From Eledone cirrhosa (Eukaryota), in NCBI GenBank assembly GCA_964016885.1, contig OZ024744.1:135966001-136030000 (forward strand): DNA of 64,000 nucleotides, written 5' to 3'. Below the pieces are notes generated by a model. That model saw nothing but the letters and a program-made list of their open reading frames with translations, did no database searches and was not told the DNA's origin. Positions within the stretch are counted from its first letter, which is position 1. Each line of letters begins with the position of its first letter. Shown one piece after another: positions 48,965 to 61,200 of the stretch. Made by a program: the position numbers and the translations under genes.

Positions 48965-49339
48965 TTTTCTCCGTACATTCGTCTGTTTTTATTTTATTTT
49001 TTCTTTCCTTCTCTATGACGTTAGTTGGGAAGGAAGGGGGGACTAAAGCGTGCGAGCTTACAACTCTTACCGCTGTCCCCCCACCACTATTTTCGTTAGC
49101 TTCGTTTAACATTTCTGTCAGACGATTGAAATTTTATGCCACAAAATTTTTAAAAACAGGTTTTTCACCCCTGGGAGGGGCGAAGATGAGCTGACCCACC
49201 GTCTGACAGTTCAGACGGGGGGTCAAGCTACACAATAGTATCAAAATTAAAATTGAACTTACAAAATTTCCGCAATAAATTGGAACAAAACTTCTGCGCG
49301 AAGTGAATTACATCTACGCTGTAGAACAGACGACAGCTA

Positions 49340-49374
49340 GATTATCTAGATAGATAGATAGATAGATAGATATT

Positions 49375-49418
<44 letters not shown>

Positions 49419-49520
49419 CAGTGAGAGATATACAGCTAGATAGATAGATAAACAGACAGTCTGATATACAGCTAGACAGTCAGAGAGATATACAGCTAGA
49501 TAGATAGATAGACAGTCGGG
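49340..49520. repeat. (GATA)n compound microsatellite with gatatacagcta variants
   Basis: Directly visible. Confidence 0.9.
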
Positions 49521-49815
49521 TATACATTTATGGTACCTATTTACGTGGCAAATAATTTAGTGTCAACTCTGGGATTTATACATAACCTTACCTATTGAGT
49601 ACGTTGAGATGCAACCGGTACTAGCAGGGAAACATGTTAGTCTCGTCAACTCTCTCTCTATATATCTGTTAGAACACGAAAAGTGTGAAACAACAGAATG
49701 TTCACTTTTCGTGTTCTAACATATATGCCTAGCTTCTTCATAAATTTTTCGGGGATAGCCGTGGTGGTGGTGATTGTATGTCATTGGCTAATTTTCAACC
49801 AATCAGAGTAAGTGT

Positions 49816-49861
<46 letters not shown>

Positions 49862-50529
49862 TATTCCCCCTCTCTATATATATATCTTACGCTTTCGCTT
49901 TACACTCCTCCCCTTCAATAACACATTTCCCCCTCTCTATATATCTCTTCCACTGTTACTTACGCCTGTTTCTCTCTATCTGTTCCGTCTCTATATATAT
50001 CGCTCTTACTCTTTCGCTTTGCACTCCTCCCCTTCAATACCATCTCTCCCCCTCTCTATATATTTGTTACTCTATCGCTGCACGCTCCTCTCCTTCAATA
50101 TATCAATTACACACGCTTTACACTCCTTTATCCCCAGCGCCCCTATATATACACCCCCCTCCCGCATCTATATTTTAATGTTCCGTTGCACCGTGAATAT
50201 ATGTGTCTATATATATATACATATATATTGTATATACACATTCATGTATGTGTATACACACTCATGTATGTATATACACTGGTTTTATGTGTGTATTGTA
50301 AATTTGTACTGTTAAAACACGAAACTAACATTCGATTGACACTTTGATTACCTGTACAGGCAATAGTTATTAGAATGCTGTTGAAGTGTGTATATATTTT
50401 TGGGGGACATCCTGTATATACACACATTATATATAATACAATAAACAGATAAATACACACATATATATATGAGCTTATTTAATTATAAATATTGTGAATT
50501 TTTAACTCAGTTCAATTATATATATAAAT

Positions 50530-50573
50530 GGCTTCTACAGGACTAGAACTGTTTCATTCGAAAGAAATCATCA
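50530..50573 (-). ncRNA. 5'-truncated hammerhead motif (family 1)
   Basis: TGATGA-TTTC TTTC GAAT-GAA-ACAG TTCTAGTC CTGT-A-GAAGCC; lacks C3 and the 5' strand of stem I. Confidence 0.5.
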
Positions 50574-51217
50574 TAATATTGAGAGGGGGGACTAGATAAA
50601 ATATTTCAAATCAAATGTGTATAAGTTATAAGTTAAAATGTATAAATAGAGACGATAGTGGAGGTATATCTGTTTAGTGGAACAGTAGACGATAGAATTA
50701 AATACAGACGAGAATCTCCCTTTAATGAAACAGCAGACGATAGAATTAAGGCAATTTAAATTTTAAACATTTGCATTTTTGCCTTTCATCGTTACGGGAT
50801 CGATAAAATAAAGTACCAGTAATACACTGTCACTATAAGTAGACGACTTTCAAATTGAATTGTTGGTTCCATTTCTTTAGTATTTTCAATTGTAGTTATC
50901 TACTTCAAAAGCGTTACACGGTTAGAGACATAATTGGTAAGTTATATCTTCCCTATTAAACCATTGCATTATTTCGCCTACAATAGAACAAAAATGAAAT
51001 GTTCTTTAAAGAAACAGGAATATAACTTTATTAAAAAAAAAGTTGCATCCGCTTCTTTTATCATTGATAATTTTTTCGTTTTAATATTAATTGTTTTTTG
51101 TAGTTGTTTATATTAAACATCTTACTGTAATATTTACTTAAACGAAGGCAGACATCTAAACTTATAGATTAATCTTGAGCGAAGGACTAGATAAATCTCT
51201 CTCTCTCTCTCTCTCTC

Positions 51218-51400
51218 AACGAAGAATGATAACATTTCAAGCAAAGAGTTTAATTAGGTAATGACTTACAAATTTGTTTCAGTATATCTTTAATATAATA
51301 TTATTATAATTAGCGCTTCAGGCTTTGTCTATATACTGAAACAAATTTGTAAGTCATTACCTAATTAAACTCTTTGCTTGAAATGTTATCACTCTTCGTT
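51218..51400. repeat. Inverted repeat, 70-bp arms with 43-bp spacer
   Basis: 51218-51287 versus 51331-51400, one mismatch seen. Confidence 0.92.
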
Positions 51401-51585
51401 TTGAATTTCTCCTAAGTATTCAATACTCTGCTGAGAAATACATTTTACATAAACAGTCTTTGTACCATTTATACGGTATTAATTACTTATATTTATATAT
51501 ATATATATATATATAGCGTATGATTAGAACTGTGTTTATTATTAATATTTTAATGGATTTATAGTAATGATTCTGGTTGTATGAA

Positions 51586-53678
51586 TGTAACAAAACGAGA
51601 CAATGTTTGTGTATATAATATTTAATTAACGGTAGATAGAATACTTGACATGTCAAAGATAGATGTTAGAATGAAACAAAGTTAGTAGTTACCGTTTTCA
51701 TTGCCAGGCAAACGCGGCTGGCAGAGGGCGCCTGGCTAAGGCCAGGCGCCTGTTGGCCAAATTAATGGCAGAGCCAAATGAGAGGCTCTTCGACCTGGTG
51801 CCGAAAAGGCAAAGAGAGAGAAAGGAAGCTTAACGTTGTTAGTTTTATAGGGCTCTGACCGGAAGTCGCGGAAAGGGTTCCACTTCCCGTCTAGATCCTA
51901 ATCAAAACAAGGGAGACAACCGCTACATAACCTCCCGCCAGAATTTTAGTGTATAAAAATCGAAATGAAAATATGTAGCAAGTTGGCGAGAATGTTGTAA
52001 CAGGCATGAAAATTACGACAAAAGAATGTCTGGAAAAATCAATGATAGATATCAAGGTAGCCAACCGCTCTTGGCCAGAGAACGACTGGACATCCATCTA
52101 TCCATCACCCAAAAATACAATGTAATAAAGTAAAAGTAATAGAAGAGCTCAAAGTTCAAAATAAAGTTCACAGGTGTGCAATCACATGACAGCTGGAAAG
52201 AAAGTGTGTTCCAGAGAATGAATGCAGGTGGTTTCTGTTCTGTGGTATATCGTGAAATTTCCAACCTCCGAATGGATTTTCTCACAGGAAGAGTGCTGCA
52301 AAAATAAATTCTCTGGCTTTGGTGAAGCTGTGTTGATGTATTGCTGTTGCTGTTATATTGCTGTTGCTGCTGCTGCTGTTGTCTCGCTGAGTGAGCGTAT
52401 TCGGTGTTTAAATTCACAGTAAAAAAAATTTTTTTTTTTTTTTAGAAAAAAATGAGTTGCGCAAAGTGCTAGAAATAGCAGCCGAAGTTGATGGTCGATG
52501 TTGAGAATGCGTTGACCTGGAAGGGTCAAGAGGCCAGCGACCAGAGAAATAAGCATTCCCAATAAATGCGCGGTTATCAACGGTAAATTTACATTGTAAA
52601 TTTATAAACCGGCAAATAGAAGAATATAGCTTAAGGCTGAAGAATCCCTGGTGATAAATGGCGTGCGGCTGTCTGTGAGAAGAGACATCTCAGTGAATCG
52701 AGAATTTATGCTGCCTACACGTGCCAATACAAGGTTGAAAAAAAAATATTTCTAACGCGCGAGAAAAAGATAGTGCAATTTTGAAAGTGACAATGATGAA
52801 AAAGAAAGGCTTCAATCAGCATAATTATAGGTGTGAACTTTGGAAAAAAACAAAAAACTTGAACGATGAAGAAAACGAAGAACAAAAGGCAATGGTTCAT
52901 CGAAAATAAATGTTCCTGTTGAAATGTTTTTTAAAGAATATCAAATTTCTTTTTTTTTTTGTGTTTTGAAAGAGTTCGTTGTAAGAAACGAGAAACATAT
53001 ATATATATCGTGAAATGTTTTTTTTTTGTTTTGAAAGTGTTCGTTGTAAGAAACGAGAAACATATATATATATATTGGTGAAATGCGACAGTTAATTGAT
53101 GCGTGAGAGAAAAAGTATGTCTGTGCGAATTCCACATGTGCGTGTGTGCGTGTCCTTGAGTATTTTCATAGTTTGTCGCTAAATTTGCTGTGTATTCGTA
53201 ATGTTACTCACAAAACCAGATGTGCTATTTTTTTCTTTTTTTTTGGGGGGGGGGGGTGACCCTTATAGCGATGAACGGCTGCGTGTTCGTATCACGTCAG
53301 GGTTACCAATATAGCGAGGATTACTGGCTGCATGAAGGTAACAAAACGAGACAATGTTTGTGTATATAATATTTAATTAACGGTAGATAGAATACTTGAC
53401 ATGTCAAAGATAGATGTTAGAATGAAACAAAGTTAGTAGTTACCGTTTTCATTGCCAGGCAAACGCGGCTGGCAGAGGGCGCCTGGCTAAGGCCAGGCGC
53501 CTGTTGGCCAAATTAATGGCAGAGCCAAATGAGAGGCTCTTCGACCTGGTGCCGAAAAGGCAAAGAGAGAGAAAGGAAGCTTAACGTTGTTAGTTTTATA
53601 GGGCTCTGACCGGAAGTCGCGGAAAGGGTTCCACTTCCCATCTAGATCCTAATCAAAACAAGGGAGACAACCGCTACA
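51586..53678 (-). mobile_element. Non-autonomous LTR retroelement (342-bp near-identical LTRs, ~1.4-kb non-coding interior)
   Basis: Direct repeats 51586-51927 and 53337-53678 with TGT..ACA termini; purine-rich GGCGGGAGGTTA precedes the 3' LTR on the minus strand. Confidence 0.8.
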
Positions 53679-53805
53679 GATTTAATGAAAAATTTTAGGT
53701 GTTCATATATATATTCTAAAAATGCGCGAAATCGTGAATCCGCGATAGTTGAACCGCCAAGTAGCGAGGTATCACTGTATATATGTTTAAATATATAGTG
53801 TAGCT

Positions 53806-54270
53806 GTGATGTATCTCGCGAGTGAATCGAGACCTGTCACTGATTTTGGTGTCCCCACTGCCGATGTGAATGAGCAACGCTGCACTTGTGAATTGGGTCT
53901 TGATGTTGCAGGCAGTTCATATACTTACAATGATGCGGTCCCACAAGCTTGTTCACATTCCTGTGCTAATAATCTAGATGGGCGTATTAAATTGGATGTG
54001 AAAGCAGCTTACCGGATGCGGAATCGGGAGAAGTTGAGACAAAAACAGGCCGATTATAGAGCTGTGAATTTTGCTAAATTAACACAAAAACAGGCCAAGT
54101 ATAGATGTTCAAAACGGTATGAGTTGGCAAACAAGCAGGCCAAGTATAGATCTGCAAATTCAGCTATTATATCTCAAAAGCAAGCCGAGCGTAGAGCTTC
54201 TAAACGTACCGAGTTGGCTAAAGAGCAGACCAAGTACAGATCTGCAAATATCTTATTGCACAAACAATAA
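53806..54270 (+). other. ORF with 15-aa basic repeats (KQAKYRS-type), possibly a transposon protein remnant
   Basis: Five repeats visible in the translation; GTG start only. Confidence 0.35.
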
Positions 54271-54479
54271 TTCTGCACAAATGTTGCTCCATTATTAGAT
54301 CTAATGTTGCAACGATACAGTTAAATGTTGTCTGTGTATTTTAAAAAAGATTTGCTTATAATCTTTTCAAATTTCATTACGCCAATGATTCAAGCTCAAA
54401 TTGACATTATCTAAAAAATTGTACAAACAGCGGTGGATTAGCAGTAGTGAACAGATAAATCAGTCAATTTATTAAGATT

Positions 54480-55130
54480 GACTTGGCATCAATCAGCAAG
54501 ACCTTCATTAGCTGCTCTCCAGCCATCTATTTAAAGCTGTATACATCTATGGTACGAATACACTTGGAGTTCGCGTCATCAGTCTGGAACCTCTATCTTG
54601 CTCAGAACATTGACCTCCTGGAAACTGTTCAGAGACATGCAACCAAGCGCATACCCTCCATCAGACACCTACCATACCCTGAATATTTTGCTTCCCTCTG
54701 GCAATGGACTTGGTAAACACCCACAAAGTTATTAACCATCCGACCAACAACAACCCCGAACACCTTTTTGATCTCCATGTGTCTAACACGTGGACATGCC
54801 TACAAAGTCAGAAAACAACACAGCTCCCATGACTTTAGGAAATATTTCTTCATGCTCAGAGTTGCTGAAGGATGGAACAAACTTCCTGCATCAGTTGTTA
54901 GCTGATGACACACTGCATCCTTTAAAACCATCATACATTCCGAAATACACCAAAACTACACCTGATGTCCCCCTTCCATACACATGCACATATGTGTATA
55001 TCATGACTCATGCACTGTTCTTTTTTCATGACGTTTTTATATTACCCTATGTATTATATATGCACTTTTGATGAGTTGTAGTGCACCTCAGCATTGTACA
55101 CAATATTTTCATTATTATTATCATTATTAT
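54480..55130 (+). mobile_element. CR1 LINE 3' fragment
   Basis: LYTSMVRIHLEFASSVWN..IDLLETVQRHATK; (ATT)n tail; a short copy of the same tail at about 41700. Confidence 0.85.
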
Positions 55131-56208
55131 TGTTACACTCATTGATCCATTTTGCACTAACTCTGCATCAAGCACCCTCACCTAAATATTAACCAATCAA
55201 GGATCCAATACAGCTATCTGTTGGATGAGTATTGTATAGTGCCAAAAACGAAACCAATCAGTTTAGCAGAAAGTTTCCAGACAAGAAACACGCATATTTT
55301 GCTATCCTCAAACACGTTTACACATGGCATGAAATATAACTAATCCGAGATGGCTAGGTTTCATCTTCTAACTGGATATACGAAATCCATTATGTCTTGA
55401 CAACAACATGAGGTAACATTATGTTATTCACAGACACACTTTGTACACTGTTCCATATCAGAATGTATTTCCTTCGTCACATTCACAAACAGTATTGAAA
55501 ATATGTTCTTCGGCAAATAAAAATGTTTTGTTCATAATATTTCAACTAGCGATTGCTCTACTCCACGCACGACCACCATAAATTAATGACCAGCTCAACA
55601 CAAGTATTGGTAGAGCGTCAGACACCATGCGTTGCAGTATTGTTATGGTCCTTTGCATTCTAAGTTCAAATCCTGCCGAGGTTAACTTCGACTTTCATAC
55701 TTACTAATTCGATAAAATAAAGTACCAGTAATGGACTGCCGTAATGGATTTGTGCCGAAAAATAGAAACACTATTAATGTGCAATAAGAGCAAAATATAA
55801 CGACATTGCTCAATTATTTTATCTAATGTTGTAATAACACAAGGAAATGTTGTTTGTGTATTTTTTTTTATATTTGCTCATAGGCTTTTACAATTTCGCT
55901 CAGCCAACAACTATTAAAAAGTGAGTTGCTTAAGATAACAATTTAATCACAAATTGTTGCTATCTTTTAATACACTCCAACAAGTCATCAAATTATGTAC
56001 AATAAAAACAAATCTTATTAATTTGCTCAGGGAATATAAAGAAAATGTATATACACTGATAATTGCAATTGTATGTAAATATTTTGTTTTTGTATTGTTT
56101 ATTTTATGTTTTCTATTATGTATAATATATTGATTTAATATTGATTGTTTTTTGTAGTTGTTTATATTAAAAGTCTGAAAATATTTTTATACATCTTACA
56201 CTAATATT

Positions 56209-57472
56209 TATAAGATAATTTATAATAACAATTACATAATCTAATTACATTACAACGATAATTTATTATTAATATATATCCTCTTTAACTAGAGTTATTA
56301 CAAGCGTTGCCTTAAAAAAATATTAAACTAGACATGAAAAATGCGCAAGCTCAAAAGTGCCACAGAATGTTATAATAAACCTTCAAAAGTGTGGGACTAG
56401 AGTTGTTGCTAAAAAATATTGTAATCATTATATATCGTACATTCTGTGGCATCCTTTATAAAAATAGCTTAAACCAACGAAGCCTTTATTTTTACGCTAT
56501 TTCACTTAGTTAATTCTTAGAGTGTAACATATAAAAATAAATACATCTATGTTTAATGTAATAACAGCTATAAATAATTACGTAATATTATTATCATATA
56601 CTCATAGTAACAAAATAATTGTGTTGAAAATTAATATGATGCTTATATGAACGATCAAATCTATAATGATAATTTCTTAAATATACTAATAGTAAAATAA
56701 TTTAGTTATCTATTGTTACATTTTCATAGAACTATAATATTAACAATCGTATTGCATTATCAAATTTTTATCACTACAAACTTTCATATTGGAATTACCT
56801 TAAGCCACTTATTATTACTTCGCTTTCGTACTTTTACAGCTGTAGATATTGCGCTGTATCTTATATCTAATATCAATATCTCATGGTAATTTGCATGCAG
56901 TGTAAAATAGGTTTATTAATAACTTTAATATGAAATGTATTATACAGGGCTGCGGAGTCGGCCAAAAATTGACTGGCTCCAACTCAGGATCCGATACTCC
57001 ATTATTTCCTAAATTTCAGCTCCGCAGCTCTGTTATTATATTAATTAATTTATTTTATAGTTGTAAATCATATTTTTATATAAGATAATTTATAATAACA
57101 ATTACATAATCTAATTACATTACAACGATAATTTATTATTAATATATATCCTCTTTAACTAGAGTTATTACAAGCGTTGCCTTAAAAAAATATTAAACTA
57201 GACATGAAAAATGCGCAAGCTCAAAAGTGCCACAGAATGTTATAATAAACCTTCAAAAGTGTGGGACTAGAGTTGTTAATAAGAATTAACTAAGTGAAAT
57301 AGCGTAAAAATAAAGGCTTCGTTGGTTTAAGCTATTTTTATAAAGGATGCCACAGAATGTACGATATATAATGATTACAATATTTTTTAGCAACAACTCT
57401 AGTCCCACACTTTTGAAGGTTTATTATAACATTCTGTGGCACTTTTGAGCTTGCGCATTTTTCATGTCTAGT
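56209..57472. repeat. Local direct duplication plus inversion
   Basis: 56209-56407 equals 57079-57277; 57280-57472 is the reverse complement of 56327-56519. Confidence 0.9.
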
Positions 57473-57521
57473 ATATCATCATCCTCATCATCATTATCAC
57501 CACCATCACCACCACCATACA

Positions 57522-57557
<36 letters not shown>

Positions 57558-57559
57558 TA

Positions 57560-58165
57560 CATGGTGGCTGCCAACTCGTTTTCGAGTACGGCCACTACTT
57601 TATATCCATGTAGGAGAACCCCTACCGATGCGCTGAACGAGTGTGACATTTTAGTCCAGCCAACGACTTGAAAACTCTGGTACAAACACTACACTTGTGA
57701 CAATTATTGACACATAGTGCTGGGCCCATGGTACCATGTGACGACAAGTGCAGAGAGATCTCCAGATATAAAGCAATGCCTGTGCCGTGAAGCTGTTATA
57801 GTGAGCAAAGGCACTGCACAAAGCCAGTCCCACTCTCTTAACCAAGATGATATTTACCAAAAAGAAGAACAAGTCAACATCATTGGATACCATCAGGGTT
57901 GCAGGTGTTATATCAGAGTTTTCCTTCTCCTAGAATTCTGCCTTGACAAAGGCTAAGGGGTCATCTCTCCCGGTGATTTTGGATGGCCATTGACTCTTAA
58001 GAGCTCCTTTGCCCTTTGACAGGTTTTGTTTTTAGTCCTGCAGGATGTCCAAAGTCACCCTCCTCACCAAGAAAACTTGGTGGGGTTGCCAGTTTAGTCG
58101 CCAACGACTCGACCATGAGACAGGTTGTACTGGGATACATGTTACCAGTAGCACCAAATGGTAAC
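57560..58165 (-). mobile_element. Probable RTE LINE 5' UTR remnant
   Basis: GC-richer block resembling RTE 5' leaders; no coding motif confirmed. Confidence 0.35.
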
Positions 58166-58170
58166 CAGCC

Positions 58171-58209
<39 letters not shown>

Positions 58210-61200
58210 TTCTGTTTATTTGTCACGAGGGCACAAAAGAAAGGGACACATACATGAGGGGTGGGGGTACATAGAAATCGAGTAAAAAATTGTAATAACA
58301 AATAAAATTATAACAAAAAGGTCCTCAATAGGGAGGGATCGTTTTGGAATCACACACCTCCGAAAAAAAAATGTACGACCCTTCTCCACGGGAACACAAA
58401 GAGAGGGTGCTGCCTTCTTCCTTCATCCTTTTCCACCTACAGGCTGAGGTAGAGAGAAGGCCCATTCACAAGGGCCATTCTCGCAACTTTCACCCACCTT
58501 TCATAAAACTGGCTGGGGTGGGGCACCTCTCTCTCCATCCTGATCCTTCTTCTGAAATGGTATCGGAAGAAAAGGACCAGTTGTTGGCCGGAAAGAAAGG
58601 TGTCCGACCTCAGCCCTTTTAGACGCGTCCACCATACAACCTCTTTTACCATGGCTATTACACAGAGGAAGACCGCCTCTCCTTCATTTTTGAAGGGGGA
58701 GGCGGCTTGATCGTTACAATGGACTCGGTGGTCAACCTAATTCGTCCCACCCGTGACAGCAGTTGTTCGACATAGCCCCACAGATCGGCAACGCCGGGGC
58801 AGTGTATCAATGCGTGCGCGACGGTTTCCTCGTCGCACACGCATTGGTACACTGGGACAGATCTTTTTCGAGGGGTCCCTACCCGGGCGCCCGTGTCTGT
58901 AGAGCTTATCCCGAACGGGCAGAGCCCCTCGGTAGCACTGCCAGGCCAAGGACTTCTGGAAGTTGTCCATAGGTCCCGGGCCGAAAGTCCTACCGAATAG
59001 GCTGGCCAGTTCGTCCTCCTCCATGCCTACGGTTTCTCCGGGGGCGTCGTCGCACCTGCTAACCACCAGCCCTCTATAGAATGAGGAGGTGGAGTCTCCA
59101 CCGATAGCCGGGTCCGCCTGCCAGAGAGCCGTGAGCGCCTGGGCACAATCGGTGTGCCAGTCGCCCAGTTTTCTCGGTCTTTGCTTCACCCAGGACTGCA
59201 GCTCGGTGAGCGAGACGAGCCTCGGGAAGGCTCGCCTCACAAACCGGTTGAGCGGTGATGAATACCTGGAGGTGCCGTAGCCTCAATGCGTGTTTACGCA
59301 TTTTTAGCCACGGCATCCTCAGCCCTCCTTTCAAAGGGTGTTGACAGCAGATGGATCTCCTCACCAGAGGAGACCTCTTCTTCCAAAGGAAGTGAAAGAG
59401 AGCGCGCTCCATTTTGGCGAGGATCTCACCCGGGCAAGGCACGACAGTCAAACGGTAATAGATGACGGACGCTATGTAAGCGTTCGCCACCTCCGCCCGA
59501 CCTTTCAGGGATAGTTTGCACTCGGCCCACTTCTGGGTCAGTGCAAACACCCTATTCGTCACCTCACCTCAGTTTTTCTCCACCTGGAGGTCCGGTCTGA
59601 ACCAGACCCCAAGCAACTTCATCGGGCCCTCCGTCCACCTTCCGACGATACCGTCGGACGACATCGGTTTGCCCCTCCACTCGCCGAGTTGCAAAGCGAC
59701 TGACTTGTCCCGGTTCAGCTTAGCCCCTGTCAACCTTTCGTACTCCTCCAGTAAGGTGCCGATTGCCCCGATATCCGTGGTGGTCAACATCATTACTGTT
59801 ACGTCATCGGCGTAGGCTGACACTGCTTTGAGCAATCCCGGTTCCAAAGGGATGCCCTGCAACAACTCCAACTTCCGCAGTAGTGGCTCGAGAGCCAATA
59901 TTTACAGAAGGGAGGAGAAAGGGCACCCCTCTCGGATGGAGCGAGTGATTTCGAACGGCTCCGAGAGGTAGCCGTTCACCTTGACTCTAGAGCAGATGCG
60001 GCTGTTATGTATGGCAGTGATCCAGCCCCTGAAAACAGGTCCGAAACCAGCCGCCGCTAGCACCGCATCTAGGTAACCATGGTCCACCCTATCGAAAGCT
60101 TTAGACTGATCTAAATTTATCAGGGCCCCACCAAAGCTGGGTTCGTTCCCAACCCTCTCTATGATGTATCGCATGAGGTGGAGATTGTCGCGAATGTACC
60201 TGGACGGGATAGTGCATGTCTGCGCATCTCCCACCAGGCCCCCCACGACAAGCGCCAGCCTCTTCGCTAACACCTTGGCCAAAATCTTTAACTCTGCGTT
60301 TAGCAGAGTTATGGTCCTAAAATTACTAACGTCATCCCCCTTGTTCTAGTCCTTCCTCACTAGCGAGACTACGCCCTTGGTCACAGAACAGGGAATTCTC
60401 CCGTTCTGTTGCCAGTTGCAGTAGACCGCCTCGAGGAGATCGGGAACAAGTCCGGCATATTAATATATAGTTCGTAGGGCAGACCATCGAGGCCTGGAGA
60501 TATGCGTTTGCCGCATAGGTTTAGCATGTCCCCTATTTCAGCAGCTGAGATCGGCCTGTCGCAGGACCTCGCCTCCTCGTCCGAAAGACGCGGCAGGCCG
60601 TCGAGGTATGGACCGAAATCCACATCCCCAACCGGCCCCCCGCCCCTCCCGAACAATCGGGAAAAGTGCCTTTGAAAGGCCTCGCACATTTGCTTAGGTT
60701 CAAGGATCACCCGTCCATCCTGGTCTCGCAAAGACCGGATAGTGGATCTAATCCCACTTTTGGCTTGTATCACGCGGGCCCAGCTAACAGCTTTGGTCCC
60801 CTCGTTTCCCAGAGCACGTATTTTGTTTCGGATAACGCAGCCTTCCTGTTTCGCGGCGAAGAACTGGCTCAAGGCCGTTTTCGACGCTTGCACTCTGGCC
60901 ACGTTGCCGCTTCTAATTGCCTCTTCAACATTAACTACCAACTCCCTTTCCTTCCTATTTCTATCTGAGGCTAACTCCTTACTAACTCCTATTGAAACTA
61001 CTCTAATCTCTCTTTTCAGAGAGCCCCACCACCTGCTGTTAACGATGGCGCCCGTCAACTGCACCTTAACTAAGGTCCTAATCCGGTCCCTGTAAGCTCT
61101 ACTTGCCGGTAAGGACAAGTTGAGCTTCCAGTAACCGGGTCCCTGCCTATGCGTTCTATCAAGGTAGACTATGCAGGTCACTAACTTGCGGTCTGAATAG

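Larger units (their letters stand above)
43545..49335 (-). mobile_element. Full-length Tx1-clade LINE
   Basis: 5'UTR, ORF1, ORF2 and 3'UTR with AATAAA; acagctagat plus (GATA)n on both flanks (43521-43530 and 49333-49342). Confidence 0.95.

Noticed and set aside
57900-58165. HDV-like ribozyme at LINE 5' ends (also about 1060-1200 and 39390-39470)
   Set aside because: I could not assemble the nested double pseudoknot by eye; a descriptor search would be needed.
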